Below, in pieces: positions 32,163 to 42,280 of a stretch of 64,000 bases of DNA. The notes beneath the pieces were generated by a model that worked only from the letters and a program-made list of their open reading frames with translations, was not told the DNA's origin and made no database searches. Within the stretch, counting starts at the first letter, position 1; each line of letters starts with the position of its first letter. Both the position numbers and the translations under genes were made by a program. The stretch comes from an uncultured Methanomicrobiales archaeon (GTDB lineage Archaea; Halobacteriota; Methanomicrobia; Methanomicrobiales; Methanospirillaceae): NCBI GenBank assembly GCA_963697895.1, contig OY969100.1, positions 1,920,001-1,984,000 on the forward strand, written 5' to 3'.

Positions 32163-33437
32163 CTATAACCAGTTCAGACGTCTGATTGTGTTCCGGTTCT
32201 CGACCGCCAGGATTCCTCGCTCGATATCGTCCGGTCCGATCTCCTGGCTGTCCTTCATCATGGCCGACAATATGGCCTCTTTGATCATCATCCGCAGATC
32301 AGCGCCGGAAAATCCTTCGGTCCGTGCAGCAAGGGCGCGGTGATCGCACGTGCAGGAGAGATGTTCTGTGATCTTTATGATGATCTCCTTGCGCATCTCC
32401 TCGTTTGGAATACCGAATTCGACGACTTCATCGAACCGACGCCAGGCTGCCTCATCGAGCAGCTGCGGGTGGTTGGTTGCCCCGATGAGGAGCACGCGAT
32501 TTTTGATCAGATTGATCTGGTCGATATTTTTCAGAAGAGCGTTTACCGCCCGTTTCATCGCCCCATGGTCGTCCGTCATCCGGCTCTTCCCGACATAATC
32601 GAATTCGTCGATAAAAAGGATGCAGGGGGCTAATTTTTTGGCTAAATCAAAAATACGGTCGATATTCTTGGAAGTCTCTCCCAGGTACTGCGATGTGATC
32701 ATGGAGAGGCGGACCTCCAGTAAGGGAAGGTGGAGTTCCCGTGATAATGCAAGGGCAAGTGAGGTCTTTCCCGTCCCCGGTGGGCCGACGAAGAGTAGTT
32801 TTCCGACCTCGTGGATACGATGCCTGAGGAGGATCTCACGGTTCCTGCTTGCAACTTTTATCTTCGCGATCACATCCAGCTGTTCCCGGGTGAGAACAAT
32901 ATCCCGGATCTCCTGCTCAACCTCTTCCGGTGCACTGATGATAATCAGGTCGAGGGCACCGCGGAGTTTTTCGTCTTCGCCGACAAGATGAGAGATCTTC
33001 GCATCCATGAAAACCCGGGAATCTTCAAATTGTGGATTCGCTTCCCGGACGGCGACATATGCAATATCCAGTGAATCAAATTTTTCAAAGAAAAATGCGA
33101 GCGTGGGGTTCTTTCCGATCAGCTGGACTCCTCCTTTTTTCAGAAACCACCTTGCTGCCGGTTCGAGGGTAGTAACATGGATACGCTGACCGAATTCCTC
33201 ACATTTCACCACAGGGTTATCTTTGATCTTCTGGCAGGCATCCGCGATCCCCAGCGTACGCCTGACAGACCCTTCACTCACCGTCAGCGGCCGTTTAATC
33301 TCTGGCGAGGTACCTGCACCGAAAAGCTCCCTGCAGGATGGCGTGAGGTCATTGATGTCAAGATTCGGATGCTGATTGAATATCTCTGCGGTGAGGAGCA
33401 CTTCCATCAGTTTCAGGCTCTCATCTTCTCCGGACAT
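32163..33437 (-). CDS. AAA+ ATPase with uncharacterised N-terminal domain
   Basis: Walker A GPPGTGKT, Walker B FIDEFD, SRH ATNHPQLLDEAAWRRFD. Confidence 0.92.
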   Translation of the reverse strand: MSGEDESLKLMEVLLTAEIFNQHPNLDINDLTPSCRELFGAGTSPEIKRPLTVSEGSVRRTLGIADACQKIKDNPVVKCEEFGQRIHVTTLEPAARWFLKKGGVQLIGKNPTLAFFFEKFDSLDIAYVAVREANPQFEDSRVFMDAKISHLVGEDEKLRGALDLIIISAPEEVEQEIRDIVLTREQLDVIAKIKVASRNREILLRHRIHEVGKLLFVGPPGTGKTSLALALSRELHLPLLEVRLSMITSQYLGETSKNIDRIFDLAKKLAPCILFIDEFDYVGKSRMTDDHGAMKRAVNALLKNIDQINLIKNRVLLIGATNHPQLLDEAAWRRFDEVVEFGIPNEEMRKEIIIKITEHLSCTCDHRALAARTEGFSGADLRMMIKEAILSAMMKDSQEIGPDDIERGILAVENRNTIRRLNWL

Positions 33438-33482
33438 GACTGTAACCTAAGCTATAGCCTCTCGGATTGCATAAGGGTATCC

Positions 33483-34358
33483 CTACCGGGTGGTAACGGT
33501 ACATCCGTCACCGGTTACGATGATCGTGTGCTCGTGCTGAGAAACAAGTGAACCGGGCAGATCTGCCAGAACGGGATATGCGTGGAGTACCTGTGAGCGG
33601 ACCAGTAAGGAGATTGCAACATCCATTTTATCTTCCGGCAGCCATCTTCTGGCAAAGGGCATGCCATGCCGGTCCCGTATCGATTCGAGGACTTTTCGCG
33701 CGGATGCAAGCCGGACGGGCTTGATCGCGATCTGCTGAAATATTTCAACCCGTTTTCGTTCACTGACCCGACCGCTCCCGGTGCTAGCGAAGGGCTCTAT
33801 TGCAAAAACCATCCCTTCTTGAAGAACGGCGCCTCCGGTAATCCCGACATTCGGGATATTCGGAGGGCAATGGATTACATACTGGTCCAGCCCGTGACCC
33901 GTAAGGTTTGCGACCGGATGATATCCCCTCTGTTCGATCTGCAGCTGTATGACAGCTCCCAGCTGACCCACGGTCACTCCGGGCCGGACAAGATCGATCG
34001 CGCACGCGAGGGCCTGTTCCGATGCTTCAAGCAGAAGGTGGTTGCTGCCGAGGTCGATGGTAGTCGCCGTGTCTGCGATATAACCATCGAGATGCACGCC
34101 AAGGTCGAGCTTGACTACATCTCCTTTCTGGAATTCGCGTATATCTCCTACCGAGGCTGTATCATGTGCGGCGTTCTCATTAAGGGAGAGGTTGAGAGGA
34201 AATGCAAGTCCGGCCCCTTCCCCGGCGACCAGATCCTCAACAAAATCCACCACTTCCCGGTAAGAAGCCCCGATTCGAACTTCCCTTGATCCTTTACTAA
34301 GAATATTTCCGGCGATCCTACCGGCTTCAAAGTATTTATCGACAATTTCGTCATTCAT
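33483..34358 (-). CDS. map: Type II methionine aminopeptidase
   Basis: AFP, AAHDT, KLDLGVHLDGYIADTA, GHGL, AIEPF, QHEHT. Confidence 0.95.
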   Translation of the reverse strand: MNDEIVDKYFEAGRIAGNILSKGSREVRIGASYREVVDFVEDLVAGEGAGLAFPLNLSLNENAAHDTASVGDIREFQKGDVVKLDLGVHLDGYIADTATTIDLGSNHLLLEASEQALACAIDLVRPGVTVGQLGAVIQLQIEQRGYHPVANLTGHGLDQYVIHCPPNIPNVGITGGAVLQEGMVFAIEPFASTGSGRVSERKRVEIFQQIAIKPVRLASARKVLESIRDRHGMPFARRWLPEDKMDVAISLLVRSQVLHAYPVLADLPGSLVSQHEHTIIVTGDGCTVTTR

Positions 34359-35482
34359 AGGACAAACTCTCGGGGAAAACGAGTAATCAGGTCAAAACCG
34401 TTATTGATAACCGCACCGATGTTCTCAAGGCGGACACCCCCGATCTCTTCATAGTAAAGCCCCGGTTCCACGGTCACGACATTTCCGGCAGTGAGCGCGC
34501 TTCCACCGGGACCGACCGATGGCTGTTCATGTACTTCAAGCCCGACCCCATGTCCGAGGCTGTGAATAAAGCCCACTTTACCGCTCTCAAACCCATGTTC
34601 ATGGAAGAACTCCACAACCGCCTGGTGCACATCCTGACCGGTAGTCCCGCCTCTGATAAGCGACTGTCCAAGGTCCTGAGCTTCAAGCACTGCATGGTAC
34701 ATTTCCACAAGCTTCTCATCGGGTTCTCCTTTCGCGACCGTTCTGGTCATATCCGAATAGTATCCGGTCATATCGGCCTGCGGAAAGATATCGAGAACAA
34801 TCGGCTCATCGACGCGGAGCGGGCCAGTCCCGAGCACGTGCGGGATCGCAGTCTCTTTTCCGCAGGAAACGATCGTGTCAACCGCATGGCACCCCGCATT
34901 CATCAGTGCTTTATGCATCTCCGCCCGGACCATTTCTGAGGTGAGGGGGGCATTTTTATGGAAAAGAATCTCACCATGTGGGGTTGCATTCCGGATGAAT
35001 TTGATAGCAACCTTAATTGCAGATTCTGCAGCACCTTGGACGACCCGGATCTGGTCGATCTCGGCGCTTGTCTTCACTGCGCGGATTGTTCTTACCGTGT
35101 CTGGATCAATGGCAACCCGCCCCAGTGATTCAAGATCATGCCCAAGCCGGTAGGGAAACGACGGAGGAACCAGAACGTCCCCGCCGACGAGTCGCGAGAT
35201 CGTCAGTGCAAGTGCCATTCCGGGATCGGGCTGTTCTTTCAGAATATCGAGAAGACCGGATTCTGCCCGGGTTATCACCGTTGCAATGGATTCTTTTTCC
35301 GCACGTGCTCGCTCCATTTGCCCGACGATGATCCGGCCCGTTTCACCGGCCAGTTTAATGTATACAACCGGGTCTTCCGTCCTGAAATGGGTGAGATATC
35401 GCACATCCGGATTAGAAGAGGAACCAACCGCCACGTATCCTTTCGTTCCCGTGGCCTCCATGATATGATCCAGCTCGATCAT
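34355..35482 (-). CDS. Xaa-Pro peptidase (M24B)
   Basis: SDMTRT, HSLGHGVGLEVHE, TVEPGLY, GVRLE. Confidence 0.92.
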   Translation of the reverse strand: MIELDHIMEATGTKGYVAVGSSSNPDVRYLTHFRTEDPVVYIKLAGETGRIIVGQMERARAEKESIATVITRAESGLLDILKEQPDPGMALALTISRLVGGDVLVPPSFPYRLGHDLESLGRVAIDPDTVRTIRAVKTSAEIDQIRVVQGAAESAIKVAIKFIRNATPHGEILFHKNAPLTSEMVRAEMHKALMNAGCHAVDTIVSCGKETAIPHVLGTGPLRVDEPIVLDIFPQADMTGYYSDMTRTVAKGEPDEKLVEMYHAVLEAQDLGQSLIRGGTTGQDVHQAVVEFFHEHGFESGKVGFIHSLGHGVGLEVHEQPSVGPGGSALTAGNVVTVEPGLYYEEIGGVRLENIGAVINNGFDLITRFPREFVL

Positions 35483-35543
35483 GTGTATTCATGGGCGTGT
35501 GACCACAAGTACTTTTTTTATCTGGAAGCCGACTAGTGTGTGA

Positions 35544-35786
35544 ATGGATGAGGCAGTAAAGGAACGGTTTAAATGGAAATTTTTCGGGCTGGTCGCCCTT
35601 CTCAACCTCATTGTACTCCTGCTCGCAGGAGCGGTAATCGCGTACCTTCTCGTGCCGCCCCTATTCGGGGCCTGGATTGCAATCCTGCTCATAGTAATAT
35701 CTGTCCTGCTCATTATTCCCTTTATACGAATGTACCGGAGGACACAAGTCTGGCTGGATGAACATGGAGGAGAAAAAAATACATGA
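35544..35786 (+). CDS. Small 2-TM hypothetical membrane protein
   Basis: Two hydrophobic helices, charged termini. Confidence 0.65.
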   Translation: MDEAVKERFKWKFFGLVALLNLIVLLLAGAVIAYLLVPPLFGAWIAILLIVISVLLIIPFIRMYRRTQVWLDEHGGEKNT

Positions 35787-35817
35787 GCCGGATCGCCCCC
35801 GGGGTCGGGATCAGGCG

Positions 35818-36108
35818 ATGCTTGAACAAGTAAACCACGAGATATATCTGCTGTCCAGGCATCTTCTGGTGGTGAAGGCAGTTGTCAGGGACCAGCCCAT
35901 CGGAATCATGAAGCTTTCAGAACTCCTCGATCTTCCCTTCCATCGGATCCGCTATTCACTCCGGGTCCTGGAGCAGCTGGGATATATCCAGGCGTCTCCT
36001 GCAGGGGCGGTAGCGACACGCCGGGCAAAAGAACTGCTCCTGAATCTCAATGAAGACCTCGATCAGCTCATCGATCATCTGGAATCGATGAAGGAAGAAG
36101 CTTCATGA
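35818..36108 (+). CDS. Winged-helix hypothetical protein (euryarchaeal conserved type)
   Basis: QPIGIMKLS...HRIRYSLRVLEQLGYIQAS wHTH pattern. Confidence 0.75.
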   Translation: MLEQVNHEIYLLSRHLLVVKAVVRDQPIGIMKLSELLDLPFHRIRYSLRVLEQLGYIQASPAGAVATRRAKELLLNLNEDLDQLIDHLESMKEEAS

Positions 36109-36169
36109 ATGAACCCATCGGAGCAAATTGTCACTTGAGAAGGAGAATGCAGGGAATCCGAACGCTATC

Positions 36170-36176
36170 TTTAAAA
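36170..36176 (+). promoter_or_regulatory. Candidate TATA box of the tRNA-Asn/tRNA-Ile2 pair
   Basis: TTTAAAA about 37 nt upstream of tRNA-Asn. Confidence 0.45.
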
Positions 36177-36212
36177 GGACTTACAAAGAATACAATAAGG
36201 CACAATGGGTGT

Positions 36213-36285
36213 GCCGCCATAACTCAGTTGGTAGAGTGGCTGGCTGTTAACCAGCATGTCACAGGTTCGAGTCCTGTTGGCGGCG
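36213..36285 (+). tRNA. tRNA-Asn(GTT)
   Basis: GCCGCCA/TGGCGGC acceptor stem, anticodon loop CT-GTT-AA, T-loop GGTTCGAGTCC. No intron, CCA not encoded. Confidence 0.96.
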
Positions 36286-36298
36286 CTAGTGAACTTTT

Positions 36299-36373
36299 GG
36301 GCCCGTAGCTTAGTCTGGTTAGAGCGCCCGGCTCATAACCGGGCGGTCATGCGTTCGAATCGCATCGGGCCCA
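36299..36373 (+). tRNA. tRNA-Ile2(CAT) (agmatidine type; could be called Met-CAT)
   Basis: GGGCCCG/CGGGCCC acceptor stem, loop CT-CAT-AA. The GGGCCC acceptor and linkage to tRNA-Asn fit archaeal Ile2. Confidence 0.9.
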
Positions 36374-36431
36374 TTCTCTCTGCCTATGCATTTCTCGAAA
36401 GATTAGTAAGGGGAGCATACAAGATTCACGT

Positions 36432-37460
36432 ATGAGATGCCCGGTATGTGGCGGAGATTGCGTCACAGAGGCGCGTGAGATTCTCGAACTGGTTCCCGGT
36501 ATCTTCTCTCCCTGCCCTGGTTGCCGAGGGAGAATTCTCGACAAGCGTCTTCCCCTTGCCGACTTGTCCTTCGAAACGCCGTGCACTTGTGGCAAGCGGT
36601 ATATCGATGAGGTTTTTGCTCAGATCTACGTGATTATGATCGAGAGTGGGAATCTTGCCGGAACCGATCCGCTCAAAGCAGTCGGCATGCCGCTTGTACA
36701 CCCGGGGTTCGTCATGCAGGATCCGCCATATCTTCCCAAACAATCGTTGGTGCTCCTCTCCCCGCGGGTGACGCCGGAAACTGCGGGGCGGATTGTTCGG
36801 GAGGTGCCGGAAGTCAGAGGGGTGGTAAGGAGCGGAGATTTCGTGCCGGGGGTTCTCAATACAGATCTCACCCGGCCACCGGCGGTATATGAACTTCTTT
36901 CGGGGTGCGATGTTAGGGCGGATATATTTCGTTCTACGCAGGGATCACTGGTTCTGTATAAGCAGCAGTCGCTGATTCACATAGAGTTCCCACGGAGTTC
37001 GAACCCGAAGATTGTCGGGGTCGAAGAAGCGGTTCATCGTTCCCTGCCGTCCTGGTTTGTCGATGCATGTTCCGGGATAGGGACCCTCGGTCTCACCGCG
37101 GCCATGATGGGGGTTCCTCATGTGGTCCTGAATGATGCATGGTATGCTGCATCATTCTGGGCGGGATATAATCTCTGGGTGAACAGGGAATTCTTCCAGG
37201 TGGATTCGGTGGAAATGCTGCAGAATTATGAAGCAATGAAACAGCATCCGGTCGGGCAGGAGCCGGCCCGGGTCGCGGTTGCATCCGGTGAGCAGGAGAT
37301 CGACGTCTATCAGGGTGATTTCAATGAACTGTACCGCGTGTTGCCGAAGAAACCGGTTCTTGCCGTGATCGACCTCTTTGAAAAGGAAAACCGTGTGGCA
37401 GCGGATCGTATAATGAGAAAATGGAAGGAACATGTGTCCGGCGAGGTATTTATCCCCTAG
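36432..37460 (+). CDS. Hypothetical protein with Cys-rich N-terminus and class-I SAM-methyltransferase-like motif
   Basis: CPVCGGDC, CPGC, CTCG, then FVDACSGIGTLG (motif I-like) followed by VVLNDA. Confidence 0.75.
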   Translation: MRCPVCGGDCVTEAREILELVPGIFSPCPGCRGRILDKRLPLADLSFETPCTCGKRYIDEVFAQIYVIMIESGNLAGTDPLKAVGMPLVHPGFVMQDPPYLPKQSLVLLSPRVTPETAGRIVREVPEVRGVVRSGDFVPGVLNTDLTRPPAVYELLSGCDVRADIFRSTQGSLVLYKQQSLIHIEFPRSSNPKIVGVEEAVHRSLPSWFVDACSGIGTLGLTAAMMGVPHVVLNDAWYAASFWAGYNLWVNREFFQVDSVEMLQNYEAMKQHPVGQEPARVAVASGEQEIDVYQGDFNELYRVLPKKPVLAVIDLFEKENRVAADRIMRKWKEHVSGEVFIP

Positions 37461-37476
37461 TATACCCATATCCTAT

Positions 37477-37784
37477 GGGGACTAGCCCGGGTGGTTCGGC
37501 GTCACCTGTTACCCGAAACCGTCGGTATGCGGGAGGCGAAGTTTGAAGAAGGCCGTTACGAGCTGTCGGATACGGTTGTGTCCTGACGAAGAAACCTCGT
37601 CCCATGAGGCCGGTGGACAGGCATCAAAATCCCGGAGGGGATGGCGACCTGCTGTTGCGGGTACCGGTTGAGGCCCGGAAGGGAGCAGACTTACCGCAGA
37701 CATTCGGCGCCCATGGGGTTGCGGGGCGGAGGAGGGGTGCCTCTGTGATGACAGTCACGTGCGGTCGACCGATAACGCGTCCCC
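37477..37784 (+). ncRNA. ffs: Signal recognition particle (7S) RNA
   Basis: About 308 nt, 5' GGGGAC pairs with 3' GTCCCC (helix 1). Helix 8 motif AGGCCCGGAAGGGAGCA, helix 6 GGAG loop. Confidence 0.93.
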
Positions 37785-37797
37785 AATGGTTATTCTC

Positions 37798-38742
37798 ATG
37801 TCAAAGGTCAGTGTAATCGGGGCAACCGGGAATGTTGGCACATTTGCGGCCCATGCCATATCGGAGATCCCCTATGTAAGCGAAATCCTCCTCTGTGGCA
37901 GACCGGGAAGAGAAGAGCTGCTGGACGGGATTGCGCATGACCTGATCGATTCCTTTGCCGCTTGCGGCAATTATACTCAGCTCACCTGGACTACCGATAT
38001 TCAGGATATGCGTAAATCCGATATTGTCGTCTGCACCGCAGGGATTCCCCGGCAGCCTGGACAGGATCGTCTCGATCTCGCGCTCCAAAATGCCCGGATT
38101 GTTGCCGGATTTGCAAAAGATATCGGAACCATCACACCGGAGGCAAAAATTCTGATGGTGACAAATCCGGTCGATGTTATGACATCCGTTGCCCTTAAGT
38201 ATTCGGGAATGGCTCCGGAGCATGTCTTCGGACTGGGCACACATCTCGATTCGATGCGGCTCAAATCCCTCATTGCGACCTATTTCAATGTGCATGTCAG
38301 TGAGGTCCACACCCGGATCATCGGAGAGCATGGAGAAAGCATGGTGCCCCTCTGGTCGGCAACGACCATCGGCGGGATCCAGATCAGTAACCTGCCCGCA
38401 TTCTCGCAGCTTCCCATGCAGGAGATGATCGATTCCGTGAAGAGCAGCGGGGAGCATATCATAATAAAGAAAGGATCGACGGTTTTTGGACCAGGAGAAG
38501 CGATCGCTACTCTTGTGCGGACCGTTCTTGGCAATGAAAACCGTATTCTTACCGTATCGGCCTACATTAAAAGTGAAGTCCACGATATCGGGAATGTCTG
38601 TATCAGTGTCCCCGCGCGGATCAACAGAAAGGGTGCGTTTCCGGTCACCATCAAAATAGACGAGTCAGAAGTTCTTCAGTTCAGGGAGTCTGTGGACAAA
38701 ATCCGAACTATTACCAGTCAGGTCATGAAGAACATCCAATAA
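37798..38742 (+). CDS. mdh: Malate/lactate dehydrogenase family (archaeal Mdh)
   Basis: GATGNVG, AGIPRQPGQDRLDL, VTNPVD, HLDSMR, GEHG. Confidence 0.92.
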   Translation: MSKVSVIGATGNVGTFAAHAISEIPYVSEILLCGRPGREELLDGIAHDLIDSFAACGNYTQLTWTTDIQDMRKSDIVVCTAGIPRQPGQDRLDLALQNARIVAGFAKDIGTITPEAKILMVTNPVDVMTSVALKYSGMAPEHVFGLGTHLDSMRLKSLIATYFNVHVSEVHTRIIGEHGESMVPLWSATTIGGIQISNLPAFSQLPMQEMIDSVKSSGEHIIIKKGSTVFGPGEAIATLVRTVLGNENRILTVSAYIKSEVHDIGNVCISVPARINRKGAFPVTIKIDESEVLQFRESVDKIRTITSQVMKNIQ

Positions 38743-38792
38743 TGAAAAAGCCAGGAAACTGGGAGATCGAGTCACGTAAAAAAAAGAATTTT

Positions 38793-39050
38793 CTATGTGA
38801 GTGTTAGCTCTACGATTTCCGCCCTTTCAACGCCCTTTATTGCACCGATCTTATTCTCAATCTGATCGCTTTCACCACCCTTGTCGCTGACCAGTACCGC
38901 GAGTTTCAGAGCCCGCAAACCAAACCCTATCGGCTCCTCCTGAATATCCCTGACCTCAGGCACCTCCTTTCTGATCGCAGCCTTCAATGCTTCCAGGTCT
39001 ACATCGGGCGATTCCGGCATTATTCGTAAAATGAGCGCAACATTACCCAT
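38793..39050 (-). CDS. ef1b: Elongation factor aEF-1 beta
   Basis: MPESPDVDL, EEPIGFGL. Confidence 0.95.
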   Translation of the reverse strand: MGNVALILRIMPESPDVDLEALKAAIRKEVPEVRDIQEEPIGFGLRALKLAVLVSDKGGESDQIENKIGAIKGVERAEIVELTLT

Positions 39051-39053
39051 AAT

Positions 39054-39215
39054 TTACGGGCCTCCGAATCCACATTTCGGACAGGTGTATGCGATGCTCT
39101 GTTCTCTGCACCGGTAACACCGGCGAATCTCCGAATGACATACCGGACAACCGAACTCACAGGCTCCTTCCTCGGCGAGTGGGGCATTGCAGGATGTACA
39201 CGATTTACTTGACAT
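39054..39215 (-). CDS. Zn-ribbon protein, DUF1610/HVO_2753 family (53 aa, absent from ORF track)
   Basis: Manual translation MSSKSCTSCNAPLAEEGACEFGCPVCHSEIRRCYRCREQSIAYTCPKCGFGGP. Four CxxC, usual position upstream of ef1b. Confidence 0.92.
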   Translation of the reverse strand: MSSKSCTSCNAPLAEEGACEFGCPVCHSEIRRCYRCREQSIAYTCPKCGFGGP

Positions 39216-39262
39216 GAATATACTCCATTGAACGATTCCTTATAATCTCTTCCCGGGAACAC

Positions 39263-39852
39263 TTAAAAGCTGGCACTGACCACAGTTCCCGGCGTTTGTT
39301 CCCCGCGAAGTACCGCGTTCACTCTTTCAATAAACCGGCCGTTTACAATCGTTGTGAACACGTTATTCCGGAGGACAAAGGGGATGAGACAGGGGTCTAC
39401 TTCGCTGCAGCAGAGAGGGTCACTAACATGCCGCAGGAGAGTTCCTCCTGATCTGATCCCATCTACGGATTTGAGAAGAATAAGCGGCTTTCCGAGTCGA
39501 TGAGCCACCCATGCGGCGATCGTATCGGATGTCACGTCCCACCGGTGAGGTAAGGGATCATCCCTGCGTAAGGCGGCATAGGGAAGGAACACCTTCACAT
39601 CATCCGGTTCACTCAGTTCAGTGGTGGTATTCATCCCATGAGCCGATATATACCAGCCATATTGCTCCATGGCTGCAATGGCCATCCAGTGTGCAGGGTC
39701 ATCACCGATGCTACAATGCCGGACCTCTTCTGCGAACCTCCCTCCGCCGGGGATAATGAGAAGAGGGCGTGCCTGTCTCATGAGAACCGGAATCAATGTC
39801 GGGATCATCCCCATCAAGCTCCCCCCAATTTTACAACGTACGGCTCCATCAT
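39263..39852 (-). CDS. mfnE: Amino-acid-kinase family protein, MfnE-like (methanofuran biosynthesis), -1 frameshift in run 39821-39826
   Basis: Repair gives MMEPYVVKLGGSL. IIPGGGRFA, HWMAIAAMEQYG, WDVTSD, KSVDG. Confidence 0.8.
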
Positions 39853-39901
39853 CACCGGATCTTTTTCATCAGGTTAATGTCCTAGCGACTAAATCTTTTC
39901 T

Positions 39902-41570
39902 ATGCGTCTGATCACCCTCATTTTTTGCCTTTTTCTCCTTATTCCCGCTGCATCGGCGTTAGCCCTGGTGGAGTGCTGTCCCGATCCCTATCTCCCGGAA
40001 GACCCCGATGAATACGTAGTACTGGAGGGAAACGGAACACTGGAAGGAGTGACGGTCTCTGATGGGGAAGGTGGGTTCCGGTTCCCGCCCGGGACAGAAA
40101 TCCAGGGCCGTCTCACTATCGCCAGGAATGGGGATGCATACCGGTTAAGTCATGGCGAGTATCCCGATTATGAATGGTACGATACCTTACCTGAAGTTCC
40201 GGATGTGATACGTGGAGGGACGCTCCGGCTGGGAAATACGAATGACAACCTCCAGCTCTTTGTAGACGGTCACCTTCAACAGGAGGTTGCCTGGCCACAG
40301 GATGTAAAACCCCGAGAAGGGCAGGTACATTTTTTCGAGGATAATACCTGGGATCCGAGAGTTTTTCTTATCGGGCAATCGGCATTCGATACGCAGACCT
40401 ATGAGAATGTTTCGGGTATCGCATTCGTCTCTCCAGACTGCTCCTCCGATGTGTACGAAGAGGTGATCGATGAATCGAGTGAGCGGCTCCTGGTGAATGT
40501 TTACGAATTCACACACCCTGGAATGGCAGATGCGTTCATCCGCGCCCATGACCGGGGGGTTTCGGTCACCGTCCTCCTCGAAGGGGGGCCCGTCGGGGGG
40601 ATCAGCCCTGAAGAGAAAGCAATATGCTGGAAGATGAACCAGAGCGGAATTCCCGTATTCCAGATGACTACCCTCGGTGGAGTTCACGCACCGTACCGTT
40701 ACAATCACGCTAAATACATCGTAGCTGATACCCGGAGCCTATTAATCACCAGTGAAAACTTTAAAGAAAGCGGATTCCCGGAACCCGGAGAGGGTGGGAA
40801 CCGCGGATGGGGAGTTTACCTCGAGAGCGTACCGGTTGCGGAGTATTTTACCCGTGTATTCGAATATGATACCGGGGGTGGCTGGATTGCTCCCCTTCCC
40901 GGCATATCGGGAACGGCTGAAGATAGTTATCATGAGAACCGCCAGGTGGAGTTCCGTCCGGAGAGGTTTTCCGGGGCAGAGGTGACCCCGGTCCTGTCTC
41001 CCGATACCAGCGGATTGGTGCTCCGGCTGGTTGAATCCGCAGAGAAGACCATCGACATAGAGGAAGCCTATATCAGCAATACATCCAGCCAGGAGTTAAA
41101 CCCGTATCTCGGGGCTGCGATCAACGCTTCGAGACGCGGGGTCAATGTCCGGGTACTTCTCGACTCGTACTGGTTCAATGTGGAAGATGAGAATGACAAT
41201 GACGAGATGGTTAGCTATATCAACCACATTGCACGGGTAGAAAAGTTGCCGCTTGAAGCCCGGTGTGCCGGACTTGATGCGGCAGGTCTTGAGAAGATCC
41301 ACAATAAAGGCGTGATCGTTGACGGTGAACAGGTTCTCATCAGCAGCATCAACTGGAATACGAACTCGCCAACCTTCAACCGGGAAGCCGGAGTCATCAT
41401 CGCTCATCCGGGGGTGGCCCGGTATTTCGGCCGGGTATTTGAAGACTGACTGGAAAGCATCATCAGGATCGGGATCGGCGGATAATCCGATTGATTATTT
41501 GAAGATAGGTCTTACAATTGGGGCAGTACTTCTCCTGATCCTGTTCTTTGTCTACCGGAGGACCCGGTGA
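39902..41570 (+). CDS. Phospholipase D superfamily protein (archaeal cardiolipin-synthase-like), +1 frameshift at ~41445
   Basis: Signal/TM N-terminus, two HKD motifs (HAKYIVAD, HNKGVIVD), NRE. Repair gives FEADW...TM-RRTR C-terminal anchor. Confidence 0.85.
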
Positions 41571-41677
41571 GGACGGGTGAGAAGCCCTCTCTTTGGGTCC
41601 CGGGACTTACCGCTACATGGATAATACCCATCCGTATGATATGATACGGTAATCACCCGGATGGAGGAAATGAAAAA

Positions 41678-41986
41678 TCAGGATTTCTTCATCGTGCATC
41701 TGCAGATGTCGCAGAGCGTGATGTTAGAGTCCTGGCCAAGTACTGCAAATGCCCAGCGATCAATAAGTGCATTCAGATCGTCGGAGATCACAATTCCTGA
41801 ATCCCCGCGTTTCTTACTCATGTACTGTGAGATGGCTGCTCTACTGATGCCTAACCTCTTCGCTGCGTCGCTCTGGCTGATCCCCTGGTTTTGGACCAGC
41901 CGGTATACCATCTCGGCACGCATACTAGGGAGGTATTTGCGGACCATGGAATCACATACCATGATATCGCACGGCACCTCCCTCAT
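41678..41986 (-). CDS. HTH transcriptional regulator (COG2522-like) with C-terminal CxxC
   Basis: SQSDAAKRLGISRAAISQYMSKKRG, CDIC. Confidence 0.85.
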   Translation of the reverse strand: MREVPCDIMVCDSMVRKYLPSMRAEMVYRLVQNQGISQSDAAKRLGISRAAISQYMSKKRGDSGIVISDDLNALIDRWAFAVLGQDSNITLCDICRCTMKKS

Positions 41987-42213
41987 GCAGCCACCGAATG
42001 AGGTGCTCTGTTCTGGTAAATGATCTGGCGTGCATCCCTGAAGTTGAATTTCTCAATGATGAGATGATTCTCCTTCAGTTTCTTTAATGCATACCGCACG
42101 GTTCGAGGTGCGAGGTTGCTCTTTTTGACGATCTCTTTATGCGTCATTGCACCTCCCTCGTCCAGCAGGTGCAGGACGGTCTTGGATGATGGCGGAAGGC
42201 TCACTTCTTGCAT
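41983..42213 (-). CDS. Small winged-helix DNA-binding protein
   Basis: LPPSSK, LAPRTVRYALKKL, DARQ. ATGA overlap with the next regulator gene. Confidence 0.88.
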   Translation of the reverse strand: MQEVSLPPSSKTVLHLLDEGGAMTHKEIVKKSNLAPRTVRYALKKLKENHLIIEKFNFRDARQIIYQNRAPHSVAA

Positions 42214-42280
42214 ACTCTATTGTTAACGCTGTTAACACTTAAAGGTGTCGCTTTATAGGAGGATCGCTTATGGTACAGAC

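Noticed and set aside
36347-36743. ORFs overlapping the tRNA genes and SRP RNA (36105-36308, 36347-36595, 37509-37816, 51718-52035, 62385-62628)
   Set aside because: They are spurious frames over structural RNA genes.
41447-41449. In-frame TGA in the PLD gene as selenocysteine or readthrough
   Set aside because: Readthrough gives a short meaningless tail. The TM anchor lies in another frame and is reached by a 1-nt deletion. FrhA also has Cys, not Sec, in DPCxxC.
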